Shown here piece by piece: positions 1 through 7,692 of a DNA stretch of 34,417 nt (positions within the stretch are counted from its first letter, which is position 1; the number at the start of each line of letters is the position of its first letter). A model generated the notes under the pieces. That model ran no database searches, was not told the DNA's origin, and worked only from the letters and a program-made list of their open reading frames with translations. Origin of the DNA: Kiritimatiellia bacterium (GTDB taxonomy: Bacteria > Verrucomicrobiota > Kiritimatiellia > B70-G9). The stretch is from assembly GCA_012961745.1 (NCBI GenBank), contig DTYT01000358.1:1-34417 (forward strand), written 5' to 3'. The position numbers and the translations under genes are program-made.

Positions 1-1152
1 CTCAAGCCGCTTGGCCAGCCCCGCCACGGGTGTCCCCTGCTGCCCCAACTCGTCCAGGACGCGCTTGGCGGCCGCCACTTGAGGGGCGCCTCCGTCGACC
101 AGAACCAGATCCGGCAGCGGTTTCCCTTCGTTCAATAGGCGACGATAGCGCCGTCCGATTACTTCTCTGAGCATGGCCGTATCATCGCGTCCCGGAGAGA
201 TTCGTATCCGGTACCGGCGGTACCGTCCCGGACGGGGAATTCCATACTCGGACCTCACCATGCTACCTACCGCCAAAGATCCCGATATGTGCGAGATGTC
301 AAAAGTCTCGATCACCACCGGAAGCTTCTTGAGCCCCAGAACGCGCTGCAACTCCTCAATGCCCTGCAGTGCCTCCTCGCGTGAATATCGCAATCGTCGG
401 ACATGACAACGACGGTCGCGTAGCGCTTCCCTCAGCCGCAGCCACAAATCCCTCAGGGCCGCAGCCTTCTCGTAATCCTGCTCCTCGGCGGCCCTCATCA
501 TGGCTCCACGAAGATCCTCCAGATCCTCGGCTTTCTCCCCCTGGAGGAACCGGCAAGCCGCCGCTACTCGGGATAGGTAGGCGTCGCGCGATATTTTCCC
601 CACGCACGGTGCACTGCAGTATCGTACGGTATCGTTCAAGCAGTGCTTCCAGTCTTCATGATCGGGAATCAGCGCCCGGCAGCGCCGCAACCCGTACCGC
701 TTTTCCACAAAATCCAGCGCCGTGCGGGCCACCCTGGATGAGGGATACGGACCGAAATACCGGGCACTGTCATCCTTTCTCACTCGACAGGTCGAGAAGC
801 GGGGAAAGGGTTCACTGAGATTGACTTTGAGCATGAGAAACCGCTTGTCGTCGCGGAACTGGACGTTGTAACGCGGCCGGAAATCCTTTATCAGGCGCGC
901 TTCGGTGAGAGCGGCTTCTGCTTCCGTCCGGCAAATGATGAAGCTCAGGTCGTAAACGCTCTTAACCAATCCGCGTAACTTGGGATCCGCACTTCTCAGG
1001 GTCGCCTGGCGAAAATACCACCTTACCCGCTTGCGCAGAGAAGAAGCCTTTCCCACATAGATTACCCTGCCTGCTCCGTCCCGCATGATGTACACGCCGG
1101 GGCGATCAGGCAGCTGCTGCAGTTTGTCCTGGATACGAGAGCTGAGTCTCAC
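1..1152 (-). CDS. uvrC: excinuclease ABC subunit C (UvrC), N-terminal ~384 codons; the 3' end lies beyond the left edge of the window
   Basis: Absent from the ORF track because it runs off the edge. My reverse-complement translation from GTG at 1152-1150 gives VRLSSRIQDKLQQLPDRPGVYIMRDGAGRVIYVGKASSLRKRVRWYF (GIY-YIG nuclease motif). This is followed by the Cys cluster CRALIP..HCL..YCSAPCVG and a UVR-like DYEKAAALRD segment. The frame stays open to position 1. Its GTG overlaps the TGA of the upstream gene (GTGA at 1149-1152). Confidence 0.9.
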   Translation of the reverse strand, partial: MRLSSRIQDKLQQLPDRPGVYIMRDGAGRVIYVGKASSLRKRVRWYFRQATLRSADPKLRGLVKSVYDLSFIICRTEAEAALTEARLIKDFRPRYNVQFRDDKRFLMLKVNLSEPFPRFSTCRVRKDDSARYFGPYPSSRVARTALDFVEKRYGLRRCRALIPDHEDWKHCLNDTVRYCSAPCVGKISRDAYLSRVAAACRFLQGEKAEDLEDLRGAMMRAAEEQDYEKAAALRDLWLRLREALRDRRCHVRRLRYSREEALQGIEELQRVLGLKKLPVVIETFDISHISGSLAVGSMVRSEYGIPRPGRYRRYRIRISPGRDDTAMLREVIGRRYRRLLNEGKPLPDLVLVDGGAPQVAAAKRVLDELGQQGTPVAGLAKRLE

Positions 1153-2189
1153 GGCACCTTGTTGCTGCGCGGCAGCAGTAGAGTCGCCACCCTCCTCAGT
1201 TCTACTTCCGCATCGCCGAGCATTTCTTCAAATATCGCCTTCATCGGCAGTATTCTGTCCACCAATCCCACGCTCTGCCCCGCCATCAGCGATCCACCCT
1301 CGATATCGCCATCGACCGCCGCGCGCCGCAGACCTCCCATCCAGAATTCTTCCACCGTCTTCTGCGCTTCCGTGCGATCTATCCTGCCGCTGTCGAGTTT
1401 CTCCATAAGGGCCAATTGCAGTCTCCCGAAATCGTCCATCGCCCTGTTCCGCAACGCCCTCACCGCTTCAACCGGAAGTCTGCGGTCATACTGAGGCGTC
1501 TCTACCGCCTCCCGGGCTTTGGCATTGCGGAAGGCCTGCTTCAAGCGTTCATGGGCCCGGCACTCTTCACTCATTACGAATCGCGTTCCCATCTGTACCC
1601 CGGCCGCCCCCATCAGCAGCATGTGAGCGATCATGCGGCCGCGCGCTATTCCACCGGCCACGAAAACCGGTACCGGCGGCTCGTCGAACAGAACCTGTTG
1701 AATGAGAATCGTCAGGGTAACATGACCGATATGCCCTCCCGCTTCACTGCCCTCAAGAATCAATGCATCCACGCCGAATCTGACCATTTGCCGCGCAATG
1801 GAAGTGGTTGAGGCAAAGGCCATCACTCTCTTTCCGGCGTCCTTCATCTCGGCTATATCCCCACGACTCGGGAAGCTGCCAGCAAAGACTACGTACGGTG
1901 CCCGGCTTCGACTCACCGCTTTCTTCTGGGCTTCAAAGTTGGGGGCGATTGTTACCAGATTTACCCCGAAGGGAACTCGCAGCAATTGAGCACAGCGGCC
2001 AATCTCGGCTGCAAGACGCCCCGGATCCATATTGCCCGCCGCCAAGACCCCGAATCCCCCGCTCTCACTCACCGCTCTGACGAGATGCACATCGCTGATC
2101 CAGGTCATAGCGCCGCAGATAATAGGATAGCGTACGCCGAGGAATTCACTTCCCCGCCGGGCAAGCTGGTCAAAAAGCGGTGTCTCCAT
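1149..2189 (-). CDS. NAD(P)H-dependent flavin oxidoreductase, nitronate monooxygenase / FabK (enoyl-ACP reductase II) family
   Basis: ORF 1149..2285. The protein shows YPIICGAMTWIS, GGFGVLAAG, ILEGSEAGGHIG, VFVAGGIA and GVQMGTRF, typical of the NMO/FabK TIM-barrel FMN enzymes. I prefer the start at METPLF (ATG 2189), which has GGGAGGA 5 nt upstream. The 32-codon upstream extension is Cys/Arg-rich and unlikely to be coding. Confidence 0.85.
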   Translation of the reverse strand: METPLFDQLARRGSEFLGVRYPIICGAMTWISDVHLVRAVSESGGFGVLAAGNMDPGRLAAEIGRCAQLLRVPFGVNLVTIAPNFEAQKKAVSRSRAPYVVFAGSFPSRGDIAEMKDAGKRVMAFASTTSIARQMVRFGVDALILEGSEAGGHIGHVTLTILIQQVLFDEPPVPVFVAGGIARGRMIAHMLLMGAAGVQMGTRFVMSEECRAHERLKQAFRNAKAREAVETPQYDRRLPVEAVRALRNRAMDDFGRLQLALMEKLDSGRIDRTEAQKTVEEFWMGGLRRAAVDGDIEGGSLMAGQSVGLVDRILPMKAIFEEMLGDAEVELRRVATLLLPRSNKVP

Positions 2190-2584
2190 AGCTGTCCTCC
2201 CAACCGACTGCTTCGGTACCAAATTCCCCGTGCGACTACTGCCTCGGGCAATACATAAACCGGCGTGACAGGGATTGCAACCCACCCGCAGCTATTCAAT
2301 ATCAGGAGTCGAAATTCACCATCGCGGATTCAAGTCGCATGCCCACAACGGTTACTTGCGTAAGATCCCCCCGTGGTGGGGAAGCCCGCGCGTTCCGCAT
2401 CACAGCAGTCCCACTCGCCGGGAAAAGACAAGCCGCTGTCGAGGGCCGTCACGTGTGCCTGAAAACAGGAATAAAGGAGGCTCCTGCCGTCCCAACGGCC
2501 GCCAACCCCCAACCTGTGACCGATGTACTACCCACCCTGTCCTTGCCCCACCCCCACTCCAGCGGGGCGCTGCTCCCTTGCCCT

Positions 2585-2667
2585 GCCCCGGGCGGTCCTC
2601 AGAACGACGGCTACCCACTCTTCAGCAGATTAGGCAGCGCCGGGGATTCGCCCCCCCGGGCGGACCT
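2585..2667. repeat. pair of 15-nt direct repeats CCCCGGGCGG(T/A)CCTC (2585-2599 and 2653-2667) in a C-rich spacer
   Basis: Read directly from the sequence; 14 of 15 positions are identical and the copies are 68 bp apart, inside the 547-bp non-coding spacer between the PAS gene stop and the NMO gene start. Function unknown. Confidence 0.4.
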
Positions 2668-2736
2668 CGCCCCTTCCCGCCCTTCGACCTGACGCTTGCG
2701 TCTGCTCCCCACGGATCACAAAAGTTGCCGACGGTA

Positions 2737-3912
2737 TCAGGTTTTCACTATCTCATTACCTGCGGATCCGCCGCCACGGGCAATGTATTCTTCGGTCTCG
2801 AACCGGGTGGCAGCGTTGAGGCGCCGGAGGATATCGCCAAAGGTATCAGCAGCGTCCATGCAGGAATCCAAGATTTCCCGCACTTCGGGTGGCACCATCT
2901 CGTAATAGCGCTTCAACAGCTCGAGATTGGTGACAATCACTGTCGCTGGCTGTCCCAGATGATGGCAGGCAGCGCCTATACTGGCGATCATCGCGCGCTG
3001 TTCCGCGGCTTCGCGGCGGGCTTCCTCCATTCGTTTGCGATCGCTGATGTCCATGATGGAAAAGACAATCCCTATCATTTCGCCATCGCTATCCCGGTTG
3101 GCTGCCACGGTGACCTCCACGGTCACCACGCCGTCTTCCCCGCGGATGGTCGTCTCACCGCTCCATTCCCCGCCAGCTTTCACCACCTGTTCCATCATCG
3201 CACCAACCGTATAGTCATTTTCGAAGACGCTCTGCAGGGGCTGTCCCTTCAAGGCTTCGCTGCCGCGGCAGCCGCAAAGTCGGCATAAGGCAGGATTCGC
3301 GTACTCGATCCGGCCGTCCAACCCCGCGATCAGGATGCCGCTGGCCGCATTCTCTACAGCTATGGTTATCGCCCGCAACCGGTCTTCGGTCTGTTTACGC
3401 AACGTCACATCCCGGATGAAGAAACAGAGCCTCCGTCCATCCCCGGGCAAGAGGCTGACCGCAATTTCCGCGGGAAAGTATGTCCCGTCCTTACGCTCGC
3501 AGTAGGCTTGGATCACGACAAAACGCTCGTCCGTCACGGCGGCACATACGGCTGCCAGAAGATCCTCGTCGGCCGCTGCGAGTACTGAGAGAATACTTCG
3601 GCCGACGAGATCCTCACGGTCGTAGAGGAGAAATTCAACCGCACGGACGTTCGCTTCCTGAATGACCCCCTCCAGCGAGCACAGGATCACGCCGTCATAC
3701 ATGCTGTCGAGGAGTTCCCGCAGCCCACATTCTGCAGCCCTCCGCCGACCCCGGCTAGCCCCCGAAACCACGCGCGGTCGCCGTTGGTGTGACCGAACAC
3801 TCGATTCTTGGGTTCTTGTTAGTTTCCTCAGGACTTCCGGAGTGATATCAATCCGCATTGTACTGCGGAAGGTTTCATCGCTATCCGCAGGGTCTACTTG
3901 CCGCGACTGCAT
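2737..3912 (-). CDS. PAS-PAS sensor protein with a HisKA-like dimerisation/phosphoacceptor (DHp) helix but no HATPase_c domain
   Basis: ORF 2737..3912 (391 aa). It has two PAS-like modules ([22 protein letters not shown]...[11 protein letters not shown]...[12 protein letters not shown] and [24 protein letters not shown]...[34 protein letters not shown]). An H-box-like [25 protein letters not shown] follows, and the protein ends ~65 aa later with no N/G1/F/G2 boxes. The start could instead be the internal MRIDIT (3858). Confidence 0.8.
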   Translation of the reverse strand: MQSRQVDPADSDETFRSTMRIDITPEVLRKLTRTQESSVRSHQRRPRVVSGASRGRRRAAECGLRELLDSMYDGVILCSLEGVIQEANVRAVEFLLYDREDLVGRSILSVLAAADEDLLAAVCAAVTDERFVVIQAYCERKDGTYFPAEIAVSLLPGDGRRLCFFIRDVTLRKQTEDRLRAITIAVENAASGILIAGLDGRIEYANPALCRLCGCRGSEALKGQPLQSVFENDYTVGAMMEQVVKAGGEWSGETTIRGEDGVVTVEVTVAANRDSDGEMIGIVFSIMDISDRKRMEEARREAAEQRAMIASIGAACHHLGQPATVIVTNLELLKRYYEMVPPEVREILDSCMDAADTFGDILRRLNAATRFETEEYIARGGGSAGNEIVKT

Positions 3913-4020
3913 CTTGCGTTCTTCCTCCCCGCAATGTTAGGATGCATTTACCGTACCAGTCCGTTCCGATGTAGCTTCTGTCCCGGGGGCTCAATCGCAG
4001 CTGGCGGGAGGTTAGTTAAA

Positions 4021-4224
4021 ATGTCGAGCTGTCCCAACCAAGAACGAAATGCCAAGACCTGTAACTGCACCTATCCTTGCGACCGAAAAGGCGTCTGCTG
4101 CGAGTGCCTTGCGTACCACCGACGCCGGGGTGAGTTTCCTGCGTGTTTCTTCAGCACCGCGGGGGAGAAATGGTGGGATCGTTCGCTGAATGCTCTTCTT
4201 CGTGACCGCGGGCACCGGGCTTGA
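4021..4224 (+). CDS. small Cys-rich protein, DUF6485-like (67 aa)
   Basis: This is the inner part of ORF 3898..4224. [44 protein letters not shown] matches my recollection of the C-x-C-T-Y-x-C-x-R-K-G-x-C-C-E-C-x-x-Y-H signature of DUF6485 proteins. GGGAGG lies 9 nt upstream of ATG 4021. The longer 3898 start adds a hydrophobic, Cys-rich leader with no RBS. Confidence 0.6.
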   Translation: MSSCPNQERNAKTCNCTYPCDRKGVCCECLAYHRRRGEFPACFFSTAGEKWWDRSLNALLRDRGHRA

Positions 4225-4367
4225 TTGCATATTTGAGAAAGTGCGAGGCAGGAGCGTGAACCGCATCGAAATACCTCTCTTCGGGCTTCCAGGGGACATT
4301 CGGTGAATCTCCAGTCTTCGGTCAATGTTGTCGATGGGCCTTAGACGCAAACCGTTATGAGGTGTCC

Positions 4368-4396
4368 TTGACAATCACCCATCGCTGTCGTATAAG
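4368..4396 (+). promoter_or_regulatory. sigma70-type promoter for the metY-metX leader
   Basis: TTGACA (4368-4373), a 17-bp spacer, then TATAAG (4391-4396). The predicted start lies a few nt before the riboswitch P1 stem. Confidence 0.55.
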
Positions 4397-4404
4397 TCAA
4401 GGAA

Positions 4405-4515
4405 AAGCATCAAGAGTGGCGGGAGGGAGCTGGCCCTGTGATCGCCCGACAACCTGTCACGCGCTTGCGGGATAAGGTGCCACAGCCAGCTCGCCGGACG
4501 GCGAGAACGATGTGG
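4405..4515 (+). promoter_or_regulatory. SAM-I (S-box) riboswitch
   Basis: GCAUCAAGAGUGGCGGGAGGGAGCUGGCCCUGUGAUCGCCCGACAACC...GGUGCCACAGCCAGCUCGCCGGACGGCGAGAACGAUGU contains the conserved S-box blocks AUCAAGAG, GGC.GGAGGGA, GGCCC..UGA, GCAACC-like CAACC and GGUGCCA. It also has a P4 hairpin (CUCGCC GGAC GGCGAG) and a P1 closing helix (GCAUC/GAUGU). It sits directly upstream of methionine biosynthesis genes, the classic context. Confidence 0.85.
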
Positions 4516-4567
4516 TCCTCGGGAGGAGGGCAATAGAGTACGACAGTCCCTGCCTTATTCGCGCGAT

Positions 4568-4599
4568 CCGGCCGCACGGCGGCCGGGCCAGTCTGTTCG
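4568..4599 (+). terminator. candidate riboswitch expression-platform hairpin (weak intrinsic terminator)
   Basis: Perfect 8-bp GC stem CCGGCCGC-acg-GCGGCCGG (4568-4586), followed by GCCAGTCTGTTCG. The U tract is poor, so it is unresolved whether control is transcriptional or translational. Confidence 0.35.
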
Positions 4600-4643
4600 C
4601 CGCCCTTGGGCGCCAAACCCCGACAAACACAGGAGGCAGCAGA

Positions 4644-5927
4644 ATGAAGATCGAGACCCTGTGCCTGCACGCAGGCCAAGTACCCGATCCCACTACACTG
4701 TCACGGGCTGTTCCCGTCTACCGCACGTCGTCCTACCTTTTCCGGGATACGGAACATGCGGCACGGCTTTTCGCCCTAGAGGAACCTGGGAATATTTACA
4801 CCCGTATCATGAACCCCACGCAGGAAGTGCTTGAACAGCGGGTGGCGGCAATCGAGGGCGGTGCGGCCGCCTTAGCGCTGGCCTCCGGTACCAGTGCCGT
4901 GTTCTATACGGTAATCAACCTGTGCCGCGAAGGAGACGAGGTCGTATCGGCCGCTAACCTGTACGGCGGTACATACACGCAATTCCATGACATCCTGCCG
5001 CAGTTTGGCATACGCGTACGCTTTGTCGATCCACGCCAGCCCGAAAATTTCGCCGCGGCCATTACGGCTCGGACCAAGCTGCTCTTCTGCGAAACCATTG
5101 GGAATCCCGGCTTAGACGTAGCCGATATCCAAGCAGTCGCGAAAATCGCACATGCCCACGATTTGCCCCTGGTGGTGGACAGCACTTTCACCACCCCCTA
5201 CCTGCTGCGGCCCATAGAGCACGGAGCCGACATAGTGGTTCATTCTCTCACCAAGTGGTTGGGCGGCCACGGCGTTGCAATCGGAGGCATAGTGATCGAC
5301 GCGGGAAAATTCAATTGGGATACCGGGAAGTTCCCCCTGCTTTCCGATCCCGACCCCGGATACCACGGATTGCGGTTCACGCGGGACTTGGGTGAGCTTA
5401 ACCACCTCGCGTTCATCATCCGGCTCCGGCTCGTTCCTCTCCGGAATCTCGGTGCGTGCATTTCCCCGGACAATGCCTGGCTTTTCCTCCAAGGAATCGA
5501 GACATTGCCTCTCCGTATGCAGCGCCACTGCGAAAATGCATTAGCGGTGGCCGAGTTCCTCAAAGAGCATCCCAGTGTGGCCTGGGTAAGATATCCCGGG
5601 TTGGAGGACGATCCCGGCCACCAAACCGCCCGCCGCTACCTAAAGAGGGGCTTTGGTGGTATGGTGGTTTTCGGCGTTCGCGGCGGACGCGAGCCAGGGG
5701 CCCGGTTCATCAATAGCCTGAAACTGTTCTCACATCTGGCCAACGTCGGCGACGCCAAGAGCTTGGCTATTCATCCCGCCAGCACCACCCACTCGCAACT
5801 TTCAGAAGAACAACAACGCCAGGCGGGTATCACTCCCGAACTTGTCCGCCTGTCGGTGGGCTTGGAAAACATCAACGACATCATCGAAGATCTGAGTCAG
5901 GCACTGGCTGCCGCTGGCAGAGGCTGA
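4644..5927 (+). CDS. metY: O-acetylhomoserine aminocarboxypropyltransferase / sulfhydrylase (PLP-dependent, Cys/Met metabolism family)
   Basis: The sequence MKIETLCLHAGQVPDPTTLSRAVPVYRTSSY...NPTQEVLEQRVAAIEGG...VHSLTKWLGGHG (PLP-Lys motif)...AKSLAIHPASTTHSQL is characteristic of this family. AGGAGG lies at 4631-4636, 7 nt before ATG 4644. The ORF-track start at 4512 would read through the riboswitch and is rejected. Confidence 0.93.
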   Translation: MKIETLCLHAGQVPDPTTLSRAVPVYRTSSYLFRDTEHAARLFALEEPGNIYTRIMNPTQEVLEQRVAAIEGGAAALALASGTSAVFYTVINLCREGDEVVSAANLYGGTYTQFHDILPQFGIRVRFVDPRQPENFAAAITARTKLLFCETIGNPGLDVADIQAVAKIAHAHDLPLVVDSTFTTPYLLRPIEHGADIVVHSLTKWLGGHGVAIGGIVIDAGKFNWDTGKFPLLSDPDPGYHGLRFTRDLGELNHLAFIIRLRLVPLRNLGACISPDNAWLFLQGIETLPLRMQRHCENALAVAEFLKEHPSVAWVRYPGLEDDPGHQTARRYLKRGFGGMVVFGVRGGREPGARFINSLKLFSHLANVGDAKSLAIHPASTTHSQLSEEQQRQAGITPELVRLSVGLENINDIIEDLSQALAAAGRG

Positions 5928-5930
5928 ACC

Positions 5931-7079
5931 GTGAAAAGGGTCAAGACACAGTTCTTCACTTTCGCCGACAATCCCAGGGATCCATTCGTTCTTCAATGTC
6001 AATCGACTTTGAGACCAGTAACACTGGCTTACGAAACTTATGGCAACCTGTCCGCGGAGCGCGACAATGCGGTACTCGTCTTCCACGCATTCAGCGGAAG
6101 TCAGCATGCCGCCGGATTCAACCCTTCGGTTCCAGGTGTGGGGGACCTTTGGGTTCAAGAATGCCATCGTGGATGGTGGGACAGCTTCATCGGCGAACGC
6201 AAAGCAATCGACACACGGCGCTTCTTCGTCATCTGCGCCAACTATTTGGGCAGCTGCTACGGATCAACAGGACCGCGATCAGTCAATCCTTCCACCGGGA
6301 AACCCTATGGAGGGAAATTCCCTCCCGTCCGCGCCAACGACATCGTTGATTCTCAGGTGCGGTTGCTGGAGCATCTCGGTGTCGGCAAGCTGCACGCCGT
6401 GGTAGGAGGGTCACTAGGTGGTATGCTGGCTGTCAATCTCGCTACGCGCTTTCCGGGACGTGTACGCCACGTCGTCCTCATCGGAAGTGGACTGCACGTT
6501 ACCACTCTTCAACGGATCCATAATTTCGAGCAGATCCTGGCCATTGAAGAAGACCCCAACTTCAACGAGGGCGACTACTACGGGGGGCCGGCTCCCGAGA
6601 AAGGACTGGTTCTGGCTCGGATGATCGCCCACAAGACGTTCGTGTCGTTGAAAGCGATGCGCTTGCGGGCTCGCCGCCAGGTGGTTCACCAGGAACGCAA
6701 CCTGCGCCTGTACCAGCTCACCGACCCCGTGGAATCCTATCTCCTGTATCAAGGGAAGAAGTTCGTTCGTCGATTCGATGCGAACAGCTATCTTCGGATC
6801 ATCGATATGTGGCAACACTACGACCTTCTGCGGGATACCGGACACCGCAATTACTACACGCTGTTCTCGCGCTGTCGCCAACAAAACTACCTCGTCTTCA
6901 GCATTGACTCGGATGTGTGCTACTACCCGGAAGAACAGGAAGCCTTGGTGAGTACCCTTCGGAAGAGTCGGGTTCCGTGCCACTACGTCACAGTACATTC
7001 CGAAAAGGGACATGACTCATTCCTTATTGAGCCTCACCTTTATGCTCCCCATATAAGCTACGTGTTGCTGGAAAAATGA
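5931..7079 (+). CDS. metX: homoserine O-acetyltransferase
   Basis: 382 aa alpha/beta hydrolase with LAYETYGNLSAERDNAVLVFHAFSGSQH and the nucleophile elbow GGSLGGM. The GTG start lies 3 nt after the metY stop, giving a metY-metX operon. Confidence 0.93.
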   Translation: MKRVKTQFFTFADNPRDPFVLQCQSTLRPVTLAYETYGNLSAERDNAVLVFHAFSGSQHAAGFNPSVPGVGDLWVQECHRGWWDSFIGERKAIDTRRFFVICANYLGSCYGSTGPRSVNPSTGKPYGGKFPPVRANDIVDSQVRLLEHLGVGKLHAVVGGSLGGMLAVNLATRFPGRVRHVVLIGSGLHVTTLQRIHNFEQILAIEEDPNFNEGDYYGGPAPEKGLVLARMIAHKTFVSLKAMRLRARRQVVHQERNLRLYQLTDPVESYLLYQGKKFVRRFDANSYLRIIDMWQHYDLLRDTGHRNYYTLFSRCRQQNYLVFSIDSDVCYYPEEQEALVSTLRKSRVPCHYVTVHSEKGHDSFLIEPHLYAPHISYVLLEK

Positions 7080-7165
7080 GATTCGTGCCGAGGCCCCCCG
7101 GATTAGCCCCGCCTTGCGGCTGTGTTGGGGTTTCGCTAGAATGGACGTCGAGAGGAGGACCGACC

Positions 7166-7453
7166 ATGAAGGCATGGCTGACAGTTAGTCTCGTGCTTGC
7201 GGTCGCCGTATGCGGATGCTCGTCCACCGGTAGGGCTCCCTCCGGGGGCTTCGTACCGGTCAAATCGTCGGTATTGGACAGTGTACGTTATGATGCGACG
7301 TCACAAAACCTGGTGATCGTGTTCGACAACGGCGACATCTATGAGTATCACGGCGTGCCACCGTCCGTATACGAGGGGCTTATGACGGCTGAATCCAAGG
7401 GCCGCTACTTCCACGAAAACATAAGAGACAAGTACCAGTACAAGAAATGGTAG
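7166..7453 (+). CDS. KTSC domain-containing lipoprotein
   Basis: MKAWLTVSLVLAVAVCGCSS is a signal peptide with a lipobox Cys. VLDSVRYDATSQNLVIVFDNGDIYEYHGVPPSVYEGLMTAESKGRYFHENIR matches the KTSC domain pattern. GAGGAGGA lies 6 nt upstream of ATG 7166. The track's earlier start (7076) overlaps the end of metX and looks spurious. Confidence 0.75.
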   Translation: MKAWLTVSLVLAVAVCGCSSTGRAPSGGFVPVKSSVLDSVRYDATSQNLVIVFDNGDIYEYHGVPPSVYEGLMTAESKGRYFHENIRDKYQYKKW

Positions 7454-7460
7454 GCGGCCC

Positions 7461-7664
7461 ATGAGCGCTGAGTTTCTGTTCTGTCTCGCGTCGCTGCTGT
7501 TTCTTGCCTGGGTGATCCTGCTGAAACAGCAAATCGTGAGGTTGCGCCGCCGCATTCACGATCTCCAAATGGAGACTTCCACAAAGAGTACGGAGAAGGC
7601 CCCGCAAGTACATATCTCGCGCGACAGCGAGGTCTGGGATACACATCCATCCTCCACGAGCTGA
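7461..7664 (+). CDS. hypothetical small membrane-anchored protein (67 aa)
   Basis: ORF with one N-terminal TM-like helix (FLFCLASLLFLAWVILL) followed by a charged helix. It starts 8 nt after the KTSC stop. I recognise no family and there is no strong RBS. Confidence 0.35.
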   Translation: MSAEFLFCLASLLFLAWVILLKQQIVRLRRRIHDLQMETSTKSTEKAPQVHISRDSEVWDTHPSSTS

Positions 7665-7692
7665 GATGCCGGCTGCGGTGGGCTGATCTCAG
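7661..7692. terminator. 7-bp inverted repeat spanning both convergent stop codons (possible bidirectional hairpin)
   Basis: CTGAGAT (7661-7667) and ATCTCAG (7686-7692) with an 18-nt loop. The TGA of the + ORF and the TGA of the - ORF both lie inside the arms. There is no U tract. Confidence 0.25.

Noticed and set aside
2190-2736. Hypothesis that the spacer downstream of the PAS-DHp gene is a frameshifted remnant of its missing HATPase_c domain
   Set aside because: I translated all three minus-strand frames. None shows N-box (NLxxNA), G1 (DxGxG) or G2 (GxGxGL) remnants, and all frames carry multiple stops with Gly/Arg/Pro-rich products.
2275-3288. 337-aa plus-strand ORF, the second-longest unassigned ORF in the track
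   Set aside because: It lies antisense to the well-supported PAS sensor gene and extends into the C-rich spacer. The product is Pro/Arg/His/Gly-rich low complexity with no motif. Long antisense ORFs of this kind are common in GC-rich DNA.
4512-4643. Upstream extension of the metY ORF (track start at 4512)
   Set aside because: It would translate through the SAM-I riboswitch P1 3' strand and expression platform. The conserved MetY N-terminus begins at MKIETLCLHAG (4644), which has AGGAGG 7 nt upstream.
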